Made by a program: the position numbers and the translations under genes. Of a stretch of 64,000 nucleotides of DNA, positions 1-9,632 are shown piece by piece. Each line of letters begins with the position of its first letter. The stretch's first letter is position 1. The notes beneath the pieces are model-generated. The model was not told the origin of the DNA. It searched no databases and saw nothing but the letters and a program-made list of their open reading frames with translations. Source of the DNA: a virus (Duplodnaviria > Caudoviricetes); the IMG/VR virus record IMGVR_UViG_3300021478_000453, positions 1,449 through 65,448 of that record; one strand, written 5' to 3'.

Positions 1-968
1 CCACGCTTGAGCTTGTTGTCGCGGTAATCAGCATCCTTGGTGTACTCATAGATGATCTCTTTCGCCGGCCACTTGTAGCTGCGCCAGCCGTCTCTTACCC
101 GCTGCCTGGGGTTGCTCAGGCTCCAGAGCTGAAAGCTTTCCGTGCTGTAGAACGGCGCATAGTAGGTTTTCACGTAATGCTCGGAGAGAAGATGCACGTT
201 CCGCTTGGCCGTGAAGCTCAACATACGCATGTAGGCGGTCTGCCACTTCACAGCAAAGTTGATCCACCAAAACACATCGTAATTGGTCTTGAGCACGACA
301 GGGGCACGCTCCTTCAACTCCTCGAACAGGCGCACATAGAGCCGTGCGGCGTGCTCGCCCATCTCGGTGGTGAAGAACACCATGAACAGCTCGCGGTTAT
401 ACGGCTCAAGAACTGCGTCGAATCCGAAGCGGTTGATCACGCTTGCAATGATATCCGAGCCGAACAGCTGATCGTTGTTTTCGCCGCTGACGAGCACGCG
501 ATGTGTGCCGATGATGTAGGGGAACATCATCGCCGATTCGCGCCGTAGCTTGCCGCGGATATGCTGATGGTAGAACGCAGGATACTCGGCAATCGAATCC
601 TCGGACATCACCACCACGATGCGCTCGCGCTGCGCCACGAAAGCATTCTTTAGCAACGAGACCAACACGCACGTACTGTCGATACCGCCTGACCAAAACA
701 CGTAGAGCGAGGTGTCCAGTTTTTCCGCCCGCGCGAGCAGCTCCTGGGCCCGTTCGTTGCACACCTCCTCATAGGTCGGCATGAACAAGCGCAGCTGCGG
801 GAGAGGACACAACGATTTTGTACGCACCGGAAACTTGATCACGCCGGTCCGATCGACGGGCGACATATTCGGATCTTCGTAAGCCCGAAAATAGAAAAGA
901 AACTCCTTGATGCCCGGCAGATCCTGATACCGGGCAAGACAGTTTGCGTTGTAGCAGACGTACCGCAT
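1..968 (-). CDS. PP-loop (adenine nucleotide alpha-hydrolase / asparagine synthetase-like) ATP pyrophosphatase, 3' end truncated by the window edge
   Basis: Missing from the ORF track. Manual translation from ATG at 968 gives MRYVCYNANC...LYVFWSGGIDSTCVLV...VSGENNDQLFG...YKWPAKEIIYEYTKDADYRDNKLKR. SGGxDS is the PP-loop motif and SGExxDQLFG resembles the AsnB GEGADELFG motif. Confidence 0.8.
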   Translation of the reverse strand, partial: MRYVCYNANCLARYQDLPGIKEFLFYFRAYEDPNMSPVDRTGVIKFPVRTKSLCPLPQLRLFMPTYEEVCNERAQELLARAEKLDTSLYVFWSGGIDSTCVLVSLLKNAFVAQRERIVVVMSEDSIAEYPAFYHQHIRGKLRRESAMMFPYIIGTHRVLVSGENNDQLFGSDIIASVINRFGFDAVLEPYNRELFMVFFTTEMGEHAARLYVRLFEELKERAPVVLKTNYDVFWWINFAVKWQTAYMRMLSFTAKRNVHLLSEHYVKTYYAPFYSTESFQLWSLSNPRQRVRDGWRSYKWPAKEIIYEYTKDADYRDNKLKR

Positions 969-972
969 GGGC

Positions 973-1620
973 CTAGAACAACGGCTTGCCGTAGGTCTCA
1001 CGACGGAACGTGCGCAAGATGGGTTCGATCTCCTCTACCGTCGCAGCGTCCCTGAGCTGATTGAAATACTTCAGCCGCAGGAACTCGGTCCTTGCCAGCA
1101 GCTCGTCATCGAGCCGCCCCTTGAACAATATCTCGTCCGCAGCAGCTCGCGGCGTCAGCCCGGCAAGCTCAGCGTACTGCAGCACATAGGGGTATCTCAG
1201 GATGTCATGTTCCTCCCTGTACGCCAGTGCCTGCTGCCTCTTGGTGAGGTAGACGGTCTCCTGCAAGATCGGCCCGCGCCACATCGCATAGCGCGACACC
1301 GATAGCTCGTAGACCATCTCCCACAGCGCCGAGCACTTCTTCACCGCCAGCAGCGAGCGCTGCTTCAGCTCGGGGGTGATCAGCTCTTCCGGCGTCGGCG
1401 AGAACCGCCGCGTGTGAGCATCCCAGGTCCAGCCGGGATAGGACAAATATCCCCCCTCTTTGATGGGGAATTTCTCTCGATAATGCGGCCAGTTAACGCC
1501 GTGGAACTCCTCCGCCTCAAGCGACGGCGATTTGGCGAGGTAGGAGACGACGTAGGGGTAGGAGCTAAGCACGAGGAGCGCCGACGTCGCGGCATCGACC
1601 AGCGCGCTATAGGGCGTCAC
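973..1620 (-). CDS. hypothetical protein, C-terminal half resembles tail-fibre assembly chaperones
   Basis: 215 aa ORF. The segment QETVYLTKRQQALAY...YPYVLQYAELAGLTPRAAADEIL...RLKYFNQLRDAATVEEI matches the remembered pattern of fibre-assembly proteins. Confidence 0.55.
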   Translation of the reverse strand: MTPYSALVDAATSALLVLSSYPYVVSYLAKSPSLEAEEFHGVNWPHYREKFPIKEGGYLSYPGWTWDAHTRRFSPTPEELITPELKQRSLLAVKKCSALWEMVYELSVSRYAMWRGPILQETVYLTKRQQALAYREEHDILRYPYVLQYAELAGLTPRAAADEILFKGRLDDELLARTEFLRLKYFNQLRDAATVEEIEPILRTFRRETYGKPLF

Positions 1621-1829
1621 CTATGCGATCCTGCAACGCGCGCACGCCGAACATGACGCAGCCTCGGCTGATCGACCTCCAAGCCAGAACGATGCACGAC
1701 ATGACGCAAGTGATGCGAGATCGAATGCCAAAGCTCCTCGTTGTCGCGATTGCGGCGCAACTTCCGGAAATCCTCATACGCATGGCAAGTGTGACGATGG
1801 ATGGCGTCGTGATTGTTCCAACCCATCAT
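1617..1829 (-). CDS. small His/Arg-rich peptide (~70 aa)
   Basis: ATG overlaps the upstream stop (ATGA) and the stop overlaps the downstream GTG. Sequence MMGWNNHDAIHRHTCHAY...HSISHHLRHVVH. Confidence 0.5.
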   Translation of the reverse strand: MMGWNNHDAIHRHTCHAYEDFRKLRRNRDNEELWHSISHHLRHVVHRSGLEVDQPRLRHVRRARVAGSHR

Positions 1830-2323
1830 TGGCTTCCAAGCCAATGGACCATGCCGCCCAGCCAGTAACGCCGCAGCATCTCGCGTTGGACCGGGTGCAT
1901 GGCGTTGAGCCGCTTCTGCCCCTCCAGAAGCCGCCGCATGGTCTGGATATAGGCCGGTTCCCGCTGCGGCTGCGTCTGATAATCCAGCATGTCGTGCAGC
2001 GAGGCGTCGTCCTGCACCCCCGGTAGGTCAGGATCGTTGTCGTGACGAACGACGCCGCCGGTTTGAAAGTGCCTGCGCGCGGCATCGTAGGTCCCGCGCT
2101 GGAGGGCACCGAGGATGGATGTCGGATCGTGCAGCACCGGACCGCCCCGCTGGAGACCGTAGTAGACCGAGCCGCCGTCGGCACGTCCCGCGCGCTGCTT
2201 GGAATAGGCAATCGCCAGCGCCTGCTGGCGCGATTGGACGTGCGGGGATTTGCCGACCTCACCCATCAGGGTGCGGACGTTTTGCTTGAACGCGCCCGGG
2301 CTGGAGCCGCTAACTAGAGGCAT
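1826..2323 (-). CDS. virion-associated protein with GG-x-V motifs
   Basis: 165 aa. The N-terminus (NVRTLM...QQALAIAYSKQR) resembles small conserved phage proteins. Contains RADGGSV, LQRGGPV and FQTGGVV. Confidence 0.65.
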   Translation of the reverse strand: MPLVSGSSPGAFKQNVRTLMGEVGKSPHVQSRQQALAIAYSKQRAGRADGGSVYYGLQRGGPVLHDPTSILGALQRGTYDAARRHFQTGGVVRHDNDPDLPGVQDDASLHDMLDYQTQPQREPAYIQTMRRLLEGQKRLNAMHPVQREMLRRYWLGGMVHWLGSQ

Positions 2324-2720
2324 CGCGGCATTCCCATGGTAGCGGATGCGGTCGCGGCAGCGGGATGTCCTTGCTCGGCATCTCCATCAGCACGACGCCG
2401 CCGACCTCGATCCAGTACGGCATGACGTTGACGTCACTATCGGCCGTGCCAGGTCGGAAGTGCTCCAAGTGCCGGCGCATCGGCACCGGCTTCCAGCCGG
2501 CGCGGATCATGGCGAAGATATTGTCCATGTCGGGCTCGTCGGCGGTGATGAAGACGCGCTTCCACTGGTAGGTCATGCCCTCCGGCGGCGTGAGCAGCAT
2601 TGTCGGTTTTGGCGACAGCGTGTCGGTTTTTGCGACAGCGGCGAGCGGGGCCACACCGGCAACGCCGGCCGCAGCTCCAATCCCGAACATCTTGAGGATG
2701 TTACGTCGGTTCTCGTCCAT
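2310..2720 (-). CDS. Tat-signal protein, paralog of the 14724..15317 head-region protein
   Basis: Start MDENRRNILKMFGIGAAAG (twin-Arg), RBS GGAGG upstream. Contains YQWKR...GWKPVP...IEVGGVVLMEMP. Confidence 0.65.
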   Translation of the reverse strand: MDENRRNILKMFGIGAAAGVAGVAPLAAVAKTDTLSPKPTMLLTPPEGMTYQWKRVFITADEPDMDNIFAMIRAGWKPVPMRRHLEHFRPGTADSDVNVMPYWIEVGGVVLMEMPSKDIPLPRPHPLPWECRDASS

Positions 2721-2967
2721 TGGTCGCCTCCTGCTTCTGCGCAACTCTGAGCTTATCCCGCAACGCAACAAGCGCGCGCCGGTCCTGGTAGGAGGCAAAA
2801 TCGCGATTGGCGAGGTGCGCGCCGAGCCCAAGCCTATCGATGGCCTTGATGCGCGCCTCCACGTCCGCCAGCACCTCGGGCCCAGGCATCTCGATCTCCA
2901 CCGATTCGCCCATTACGTCCCGACGATAAGCCCGCACCAGATACTCCCTCAAGCGGTCATCATCCAT
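2701..2967 (-). CDS. hypothetical protein
   Basis: 88-89 aa ORF, translationally coupled within the operon. Confidence 0.55.
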   Translation of the reverse strand: MDDDRLREYLVRAYRRDVMGESVEIEMPGPEVLADVEARIKAIDRLGLGAHLANRDFASYQDRRALVALRDKLRVAQKQEATNGREPT

Positions 2968-3134
2968 CAATCGGTCCTTGTAATGAATCTGCCGGTAAAG
3001 GCCGCCTGCAGCTCCTGGAACGCTTGCGCCGTCAGCAGCATCTCCTGCCCCAGCTGATCAACCCACGCCAGCTCTGTCGTCGGGACTCGCTGCTCCGGTC
3101 GCGCCGGCTGAGTGTTTTGATCCGAAAAGGTCAT
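2967..3134 (-). CDS. hypothetical protein (55 aa)
   Basis: Manual translation MTFSDQNTQPARPEQRVPTTELAWVDQLGQEMLLTAQAFQELQAAFTGRFITRTD. It fills the operon gap with overlapping start and stop codons. Confidence 0.5.
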   Translation of the reverse strand: MTFSDQNTQPARPEQRVPTTELAWVDQLGQEMLLTAQAFQELQAAFTGRFITRTD

Positions 3135-3397
3135 TTCACCACCCAATGTGCCCCATCATAAAACCCAAGCACGATATTGCCGCCGCCCCCGGCTATGACA
3201 GCACCCCAGGTGTTAACGGTGCTGTCGCTGATGCAAGCCAACATCCCCGCCTTCGGACCTTCCGGCAGCGCATCCGCCAGCTCGGCGAATGTGATCGGGC
3301 GCAAATTCAAACCAACGCCTTGTTCCAGCACATGGGCAATACCAAAGACCGCCTGCGTGATCAGCCGCTGGTTATGGACGAGCGCGTCTCCCCTCAC
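3131..3397 (-). CDS. small tail-associated protein
   Basis: GTG start overlaps the nozzle stop. The C-terminus (ACISDSTVNTWGAVIAGGGGNIVLGFYDGAHWVV) is a fibre-tip-like module also seen at the C-terminus of 48599..50575. Confidence 0.6.
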   Translation of the reverse strand: MRGDALVHNQRLITQAVFGIAHVLEQGVGLNLRPITFAELADALPEGPKAGMLACISDSTVNTWGAVIAGGGGNIVLGFYDGAHWVVK

Positions 3398-6078
3398 GGG
3401 CGCCGCCCCGTTGGCTTCGCACGGTAGGTGACCGCGCCAACCCGCGCTGAAAAGCCAAGGAGCGGCGACCAATCGTAGCGGATCGCCACATAGCGAGCAC
3501 GCAAGCGCGGATCGAAAAATTGCGTCGTCGGCGTCATCGAAAATGGACCAAAGGTATTCTCCGGGCCACCGGGATAGTTCTTGGTCTTGAGCCTGACCAC
3601 CACCTCGCCGTTGTTGCCGAACCACTTGAAATCGGGATGGCATTGGCTGATCGAGGTCATGATCGAGCCATCGCCCAGCTCGGTGAAGCCGCTCTCGATG
3701 AACACGTCCATCATCGGATTGCCATCGTCGTCGAAGCCGCGCTCATGCTGCTGCACGAGCTGGTTCTCGTCCGCGCCCAGTGGCGTGCCCCAGATGGAGC
3801 TGTCGATCCAAGCCGTGCGCGTCAGCGTTCCGCTGTCCCACGCCTGCTGCATCGTGTTGTACTTGATGTACTTCGTCGGCTCGTTGTTCGGCATCGAGGC
3901 GCCGGTCCGGTTGTACGGCTGCACCTGGCCGCCCTCATCGAGCTGCGCACCCCAGATATAGGCGAATTGATCGGCGCCCACGTAGGCACGCGCCGAACCG
4001 TTGGCGAGCGCATAGGCAAGCCGCAGGTTTCCAGTATCGTCGGTGTGGAACGTGACGGTGTAACGCAGCCAGCCATTGCCACCGAGGCCGGTGGCAAAGC
4101 TGTCGGTCACCGCACTCACGCTATCGACGTGAAATGTCGGGGTCCAAGTCGAAGTGCCGACCTGCGCGCCGGTGGTCGGATTGAAAATCACCACGAAGCC
4201 GGCGGCGCCGCTGCGCGTATCGCCGCGCAGGCACAGGTTCCGCGTCGAGTTCTTGTGCGCGTAGACCGAGAACGTGAACACCTCCGGCTCGCCGAACTTC
4301 TGGACGCTCTGCGTGACCTCGTGCACGCCGGCGACGTCCTGCTCCTTCAGGAGCGTGGTGTTGCCGGTGCCATCCGGCGCGAGCGGGGTTCCCGTTATCG
4401 CCGCGGTTACCGAGGTCGCCGTCCACACAGCGGTGAAATCCTCAGAGGACAGAAGCTGGTTCTGTCCCGCCGGGAATACTGCATCTTTCGGCGGGAAGTA
4501 GAACGCCACCTCGCTGGTCGTGGAGTTCGCCGCCCCGTGGCACTTGTTGATGTTGATCGTGTCCAGGTTCTCGAAAATGAAATCCCAGACCGAGCACGGG
4601 ATTTGTTGGATGCCGCTGCTGCCAAAGGACCACACGGCTTTGAGCGAAATCCAGAACGTCGTTTGGTCCAGGGTGACGATGGCATGCGGCGCGAGCAGCC
4701 CGCACCCCGTCCCCATGATGGTGAAGCCGTAGACCAGCGGCGGCCCGATGTACGACATCGACCACAAATCGACGTCGGTGAGCAGCAACGTCGTTTGCGG
4801 CGCCTGGATACCGCCGACGATCTTGGAACCGCGCGAGAGCCGGTAGCTGCCGGCCTGGTTGCTCACGGTCCCCTGCCAGACGTCATAGGTGCCGGCATCG
4901 GAGAACCGCACGAACAACGGATCGATGATGCCGCTCCCAAGGTGGGCCTCGGTGCCGAACAGGATCACCTGCGCCTGCGGCATGGTGGTGAACATGCCGT
5001 TCGAATGTTGCGGCGCCGTGGGCGCGCTGCCGCCGCCGACGATGTTCACGAACGGCGCATTGCCGATCGGCGGGTTGTAAACCCACAGCGGACCGCCCGT
5101 GCTCAGCGCCAGCCCGTTCTGGCCTTGGTTGCCGAGGAACCAGGTGTTGACCTGCGGATTGCCAGGAGTGATCTGCTGCGCAACACCGAGCACCGTGGGG
5201 AGTGATGTGACGACAGAGCCGTCGGTGCCGTAGAGCAACGAGCTGCCCTCAAAGACCTGGTGGCTCGGGACCGGCGAAGCCACAGTGCCGCCCACGCCGT
5301 CGCCGAGACCAAACATCGCCATCGAGAACGTGAAGTGATCGGCGTCAATCACGGTCGCCACCCCCGCCGAGGTGCTCCCCGCCGGCGCCGAGAAGCTGAT
5401 CTGCTCCCAAACGCCGGGAGCGCCGAGGCGCAGTGTCGTCGTGGCCGCGAAAGCAAACGTCGCCCCTGGCGTGAGCCCGTGGTTGCGAAACGTACAGGTC
5501 ATGCCGTTGACGATGTTGTTCAGAAATAGCCGGATGCCGTAAGTGTCCTCGGTGTAGAGCGCGTTCGACGGCATGTCGAAAGTGAAGCCGCCGGTCGCGA
5601 GCGCCTTGATCGTGTAGACAGCCTGCGCGGGAAGGATGACGCCGCCGATCGAGAGCGGCAGGAAAATCCTGAATTGTTGTCCCGGTGCAGCAAAAGCCCA
5701 GTTGATGTGGGCCGTGACGGTGGGTGAACCGACGTTGGCATGGAACGTCGTGCCGCTGGTCATGCCGGTTGTCGGGACCTGGGCGCCGGTCAGCGGGAAT
5801 TGCGAGCCCATCGCGAAGTGCGTGTTCTGGACGAGAAGCTCCAGGCCAAAATCGGTTCCGACCAGCAGGTTCTTGAGGTTGTCGAGATCGAGCCACGCGT
5901 GCATGCGCCGGATCAGCGCCAGGAACGGATCCTGCACGAGGCGCTCCCAGCCGCCCATCTTCTCCAGGAAACCGTAGCGCCAGCGCACGCGATTGCCGCG
6001 ATACCAGGCGCCCTGCGCCTGCACCTGGCTGGCTTGTGAGAGAAAGCCCGGCTGCGCTTGCGGCTTGATCAGCGGCAT
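3394..6078 (-). CDS. tail nozzle / tubular protein B-like stabilisation protein
   Basis: 894 aa. Contains WYRGNRVRWRYGFLEKMGGW and DPLFVRFSDAG...NQAGSYRLSRGSKIVG, typical of podovirus nozzle proteins, plus an inserted carbohydrate-binding-like domain (IWGAQLDEG). Confidence 0.75.
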   Translation of the reverse strand: MPLIKPQAQPGFLSQASQVQAQGAWYRGNRVRWRYGFLEKMGGWERLVQDPFLALIRRMHAWLDLDNLKNLLVGTDFGLELLVQNTHFAMGSQFPLTGAQVPTTGMTSGTTFHANVGSPTVTAHINWAFAAPGQQFRIFLPLSIGGVILPAQAVYTIKALATGGFTFDMPSNALYTEDTYGIRLFLNNIVNGMTCTFRNHGLTPGATFAFAATTTLRLGAPGVWEQISFSAPAGSTSAGVATVIDADHFTFSMAMFGLGDGVGGTVASPVPSHQVFEGSSLLYGTDGSVVTSLPTVLGVAQQITPGNPQVNTWFLGNQGQNGLALSTGGPLWVYNPPIGNAPFVNIVGGGSAPTAPQHSNGMFTTMPQAQVILFGTEAHLGSGIIDPLFVRFSDAGTYDVWQGTVSNQAGSYRLSRGSKIVGGIQAPQTTLLLTDVDLWSMSYIGPPLVYGFTIMGTGCGLLAPHAIVTLDQTTFWISLKAVWSFGSSGIQQIPCSVWDFIFENLDTININKCHGAANSTTSEVAFYFPPKDAVFPAGQNQLLSSEDFTAVWTATSVTAAITGTPLAPDGTGNTTLLKEQDVAGVHEVTQSVQKFGEPEVFTFSVYAHKNSTRNLCLRGDTRSGAAGFVVIFNPTTGAQVGTSTWTPTFHVDSVSAVTDSFATGLGGNGWLRYTVTFHTDDTGNLRLAYALANGSARAYVGADQFAYIWGAQLDEGGQVQPYNRTGASMPNNEPTKYIKYNTMQQAWDSGTLTRTAWIDSSIWGTPLGADENQLVQQHERGFDDDGNPMMDVFIESGFTELGDGSIMTSISQCHPDFKWFGNNGEVVVRLKTKNYPGGPENTFGPFSMTPTTQFFDPRLRARYVAIRYDWSPLLGFSARVGAVTYRAKPTGRRP

Positions 6079-6848
6079 CAGGGCGCCCTTGGCTGCGCGA
6101 GCGGCGCCGGCATTGCCGCGGTGAAGCCCGGGCCCTCGCCGCGCATGCGTGCCGCCTCAAGCGTGACGCCCATGCGCAGGTTACTGTACTGTGCTTCCCA
6201 GCTCGCCGCCCGCTGCGGATCATCGGCTTGCGCACCGAAATCGCGCTGGTAGCCAGCCGCGAAGATCATGCACGCACAGATGAACATCTCGGGATAAAAG
6301 ACACTGAGGAAGGTCTCGGGGTTCGTGTTCGAGAGCGGCAGCGGCCGAATATCCCCCAGGAACTCGACCGGATAGGCCTGATCCGGCGTCGGCATGAAGC
6401 GCACGCGCAGCTGCAGCGCCTGTGAGGGAACGGTCGGCGGCGGCACAGCCGGCGGCGCGAAGCCACCGACCACCGCGTACTTCTGCGGCGGTCCGCGGCG
6501 GAACGATTCCTGCGGCCAAAGATAATCCAGCACATCGGGTTGGATGCGCTCCAGCGGCGTGCGCTTGCCGCTGATCGTGATGACATTTCCGCTTGCGGCT
6601 GGCGTGATGAGATTGATGCTGCGCAGCGCCATCACCGAGATCGGCAAGAGCACCTCGCGGTTGCGCGCGATCAGCGTGATCGGCTGCGTCTGCGTCATCA
6701 GCACCTGCAGGAAGACGATCTCGCGGTAGATGCGCCCATCGGCATAGGCGAACATCGTAGGAAGGATGCGTCGGAAGTTCTCGTCGCTGTCGTTGAGCGG
6801 CACCTCGTTCATTGTTTTGAGCTGCTCGACCACCTCGTCGTAGGTCAT
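6078..6848 (-). CDS. tail adaptor / tubular protein A-like
   Basis: MTYDEVV...YADGRIYRE...PTPDQAYPVE...LSNTNPETFLS; directly upstream of the nozzle gene. Confidence 0.7.
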   Translation of the reverse strand: MTYDEVVEQLKTMNEVPLNDSDENFRRILPTMFAYADGRIYREIVFLQVLMTQTQPITLIARNREVLLPISVMALRSINLITPAASGNVITISGKRTPLERIQPDVLDYLWPQESFRRGPPQKYAVVGGFAPPAVPPPTVPSQALQLRVRFMPTPDQAYPVEFLGDIRPLPLSNTNPETFLSVFYPEMFICACMIFAAGYQRDFGAQADDPQRAASWEAQYSNLRMGVTLEAARMRGEGPGFTAAMPAPLAQPRAP

Positions 6849-7180
6849 ATGATGGCCACTCCTTGGATGTGCGACCACAAGCTGCGCTGGTCGGTATCGC
6901 TGGTGATGACCAATGCCCGCACGCAATAGGTCACGCCAGGCTGGAGACCGCCAATTCGCTGCATCGTCGCTGTCGGTACGGCATTGCCCTGCGTCGTAAA
7001 AATGAACGGCGCGCCTTGCAGGCGGTGCATCACCTGGGGATCGTCGCCCTGTGTAATGGATATCGACCAGACCGCGCTGACGAGCTTCTCACCGCCAACG
7101 CCGAGATCATTCACGAAATCGAAGGCATAGACCAAGCTTTCATCTGGTTCTGCCGGATAGAAATCGCGCCCAACGTACAA
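6845..7180 (-). CDS. fibre-tail adaptor-like protein
   Basis: 111 aa with PDESLVYAFDF...LVSAVWS...GVTYCVRALVITS. Confidence 0.55.
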   Translation of the reverse strand: MYVGRDFYPAEPDESLVYAFDFVNDLGVGGEKLVSAVWSISITQGDDPQVMHRLQGAPFIFTTQGNAVPTATMQRIGGLQPGVTYCVRALVITSDTDQRSLWSHIQGVAII

Positions 7181-7189
7181 GGCCGCCTC

Positions 7190-7474
7190 CTACATGCTTC
7201 CTTCCAGAGGATATGTGCGCCGCACCTCGTTCTTGAGCACCTGATCCGGTTGGATGATCTGGAACACCCGCACGTCGAAGAACGTGACCGGGTTCTGAAA
7301 GAACGGCGGGGTGACGTGAAGGAGCGGAAGCAACGTCGCCGTCGTGCCGAAGAAGATGGCCGGGTTCTGCACGAAGGGCGGGGTGATGTGAAGGAGTGGG
7401 AGCACCGTCTCCGTCGGGGGAAAGAACGTGTTCGGGTTCGCAAAGAAGGGCGGCGTGAGGGTGAAGTTGGGCAT
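7190..7474 (-). CDS. small protein with three 24-aa repeats (TPPFFxNPxxFF)
   Basis: Repeats visible in both the protein and the DNA. Confidence 0.6.
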   Translation of the reverse strand: MPNFTLTPPFFANPNTFFPPTETVLPLLHITPPFVQNPAIFFGTTATLLPLLHVTPPFFQNPVTFFDVRVFQIIQPDQVLKNEVRRTYPLEGSM

Positions 7475-8961
7475 CAGCGAACCCTCCTGGCGCGGATGAA
7501 CCCGAATGCGCCGACGCTCCCGGGCGTGAAACCGACAAACACGTTGAGAAAGACATCCTGGCTAGCTGTCACGTTCACGCGCAAGGTCGGCAAAGCGTAT
7601 TTGATGTAGGAGATGAAGTTGAACGGCGTGTTGCCGTAGAGGGGTTCGAAGATCGATGACGCGTTATCAGCCTGCGGTACCGCCCCCGACGTTGTTGCCA
7701 GCCCCGCGCTGATATATTGCACCGCGGTCGCTGCAGCCCCGCTGAAGCCGACGTAACCATCGACATCCCAATCTCCGGCGGTGAGCGTCGCGCCTGCGGA
7801 GCCCAAGCTGAAGATCGGTGTGGCTGTGGAGTTCGCAATGTTAACAGCTGACGCTTGGACGAGCTGGGCCGATTTGAACTCGCCGACATTTCCAGCCGCG
7901 GCATTGGAGCCATCGGCAACGCCAGCGATGCCGCCGCCCGGCGCCAGCAAGCCGCTGACATTCAGCGCCCTGGCAAAAGTGGCATTGCCGGTATTGCGAC
8001 CGATCGTGAGGTCCGTCTCGATTAAGGTGCCGTTATCGTCGTAGCGCGCGATGGTGAAATTCGAGCCAGCGTTGCTCCCGCCCTCAGCGAGAGTGTCTCC
8101 CAGATTGAGAGCCCAGCGTGCATTCGCTCCTGTGCGCCCGAAAATCGCGTTGGCTTGGCCGGCAGCTGCCTTGGTCAAATTCAGGATTGGAGCTGCCGCG
8201 CTGATGGTGAGAGTGCCCGTCAGCGTGCCGCCGGTCAGCGGCAAGAACGAGCCCGTCGCGTAGCCCTGCGCCTTGACGAACGCCGTCGTCGCGATCGATG
8301 TGGTGTTGTCCGCGGTCGCCGGTGTTGGCGCTTTCGGATTGCCCGTGAACGTCGGCGAGGCGAGCGTCGCGTAGGCGCTCAGATCGATGGTCATATTGCC
8401 GGCGGTGAGCGCAAGCGGCGCCGTGGCCGAGACCACGCCAGGCGGCCCTGTCGCCCCCGTCGGGCCTGTCGGTCCCGCCGGCCCTGTTGTCCCGGTTGTC
8501 CCTGCCGGCCCCTGCGGCCCTTGTGGGCCCTGTGATCCGGTCGTGCCGGTCGTTCCCTGCGGTCCTTGCGGGCCGGTCGCACCCGCCGGTCCTGTCGCTC
8601 CCGGTGGCCCCGGTACGGTGCTGTCGGCACCCGCGGGCCCTGTTGGCCCTGCTGGGCCCGTTGTCCCGGGCGGGCCTGGTACGGTGCTGGCTGGCCCTGT
8701 CGGTCCTGTTGGTCCCGCCGGGCCTGCCGGTCCTGTCACCCCCGGTGGTCCCGGCACGGTGCTGGCGGCGCCCGGAGGCCCCGGCGGTCCTGCCGGACCA
8801 GGTATCCCAGCCCCCGACGGTCCCGGCGGGCCGGGCGGCCCTTGAGGACCGATATCGGTGACGAAGGAGATATCCGGCGGCCCCGGATCAACGATGAGAT
8901 CGGCGGTGACCAGCGCCGCCGTTACCTCGATGTTGATGATCTGGACGGTTTCATCCATCAC
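7474..8961 (-). CDS. collagen-like tail fibre protein
   Basis: Long interrupted G-X-Y tract, then [32 protein letters not shown] (tail fibre repeat) and [10 protein letters not shown]. Confidence 0.85.
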   Translation of the reverse strand: MMDETVQIINIEVTAALVTADLIVDPGPPDISFVTDIGPQGPPGPPGPSGAGIPGPAGPPGPPGAASTVPGPPGVTGPAGPAGPTGPTGPASTVPGPPGTTGPAGPTGPAGADSTVPGPPGATGPAGATGPQGPQGTTGTTGSQGPQGPQGPAGTTGTTGPAGPTGPTGATGPPGVVSATAPLALTAGNMTIDLSAYATLASPTFTGNPKAPTPATADNTTSIATTAFVKAQGYATGSFLPLTGGTLTGTLTISAAAPILNLTKAAAGQANAIFGRTGANARWALNLGDTLAEGGSNAGSNFTIARYDDNGTLIETDLTIGRNTGNATFARALNVSGLLAPGGGIAGVADGSNAAAGNVGEFKSAQLVQASAVNIANSTATPIFSLGSAGATLTAGDWDVDGYVGFSGAAATAVQYISAGLATTSGAVPQADNASSIFEPLYGNTPFNFISYIKYALPTLRVNVTASQDVFLNVFVGFTPGSVGAFGFIRARRVR

Positions 8962-8964
8962 GCA

Positions 8965-9303
8965 TCACGGCGGAGTGCTGTCGGTGATATCCGGCGTGAC
9001 GGTGACCGGGCCGGCAAGCGGCGTCTTCACGTCACCCGAGGTATAGGTGAGCTGCAGGTCCCAGAAGCCGGCCGGCGGCAGCTGCTGGCTATCCGGGGAG
9101 GCAAGAAACAGGTCGATGATGTTGGGCAGCGTGACGCTGCAGATCAGATCGGTGATCATCATGCCGGCCGGCCGATCGCGGATTTGCGATTTGGCAACGA
9201 CGCCGGTGAGATCGAGTGGATTTTGCCCCTGATCCCAGAGCTTAAATTGCAGGCGTAGCGTGTCGCCGCGGTAGATATCCAACGGCAGGATTGCTGGCTG
9301 CAT
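8965..9303 (-). CDS. BppU-like fibre attachment protein
   Basis: LDIYRGDT...PLDLTG...KSQIR...WDLQLT pattern. Confidence 0.6.
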   Translation of the reverse strand: MQPAILPLDIYRGDTLRLQFKLWDQGQNPLDLTGVVAKSQIRDRPAGMMITDLICSVTLPNIIDLFLASPDSQQLPPAGFWDLQLTYTSGDVKTPLAGPVTVTPDITDSTPP

Positions 9304-9309
9304 CGATGT

Positions 9310-9624
9310 TCACCACGGATCGAAGCTCTTGGATTCCTCGACGTGGAACGGCGCCTGGATCACCTGCGTATAGGGAAAGATCGAACGCCGATGGCCGGTC
9401 ACGCTGTCGTAGTGGGCATCCAGCAGCAGGCTTTTGGCGCGTCCCATGATCTCGTCAAAGCTCGCCTCGGCATCCTTGCGCAGCGGCGTTCCCATGCGGA
9501 TCGAGGACAGCAGCAGGCTCACGGCAACATCGCGGATGATCTCGAGCGGCGCGCCATCGCACAGCTTGCCGACCTCCTCAAAGAGCGCGCGGCCGTCGAT
9601 TTGCTGCAGAGGATCCTTGGTCAT
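9310..9624 (-). CDS. hypothetical protein
   Basis: Start MTKDPLQQ with RBS GAGGG; in operon. Confidence 0.6.
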   Translation of the reverse strand: MTKDPLQQIDGRALFEEVGKLCDGAPLEIIRDVAVSLLLSSIRMGTPLRKDAEASFDEIMGRAKSLLLDAHYDSVTGHRRSIFPYTQVIQAPFHVEESKSFDPW

Positions 9625-9632
9625 CGCAACCC

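Noticed and set aside
3520-5205. 561-aa + strand ORF and similar long antisense ORFs (e.g. 12417..14042, 15828..16949, 55112..56101)
   Set aside because: Shadow ORFs opposite well-supported minus-strand genes; expected in high-GC DNA and without motifs.
8430-8850. Short GC-rich DNA repeats resembling an array
   Set aside because: They encode collagen G-X-Y triplets; there are no spacers, so this is not CRISPR.
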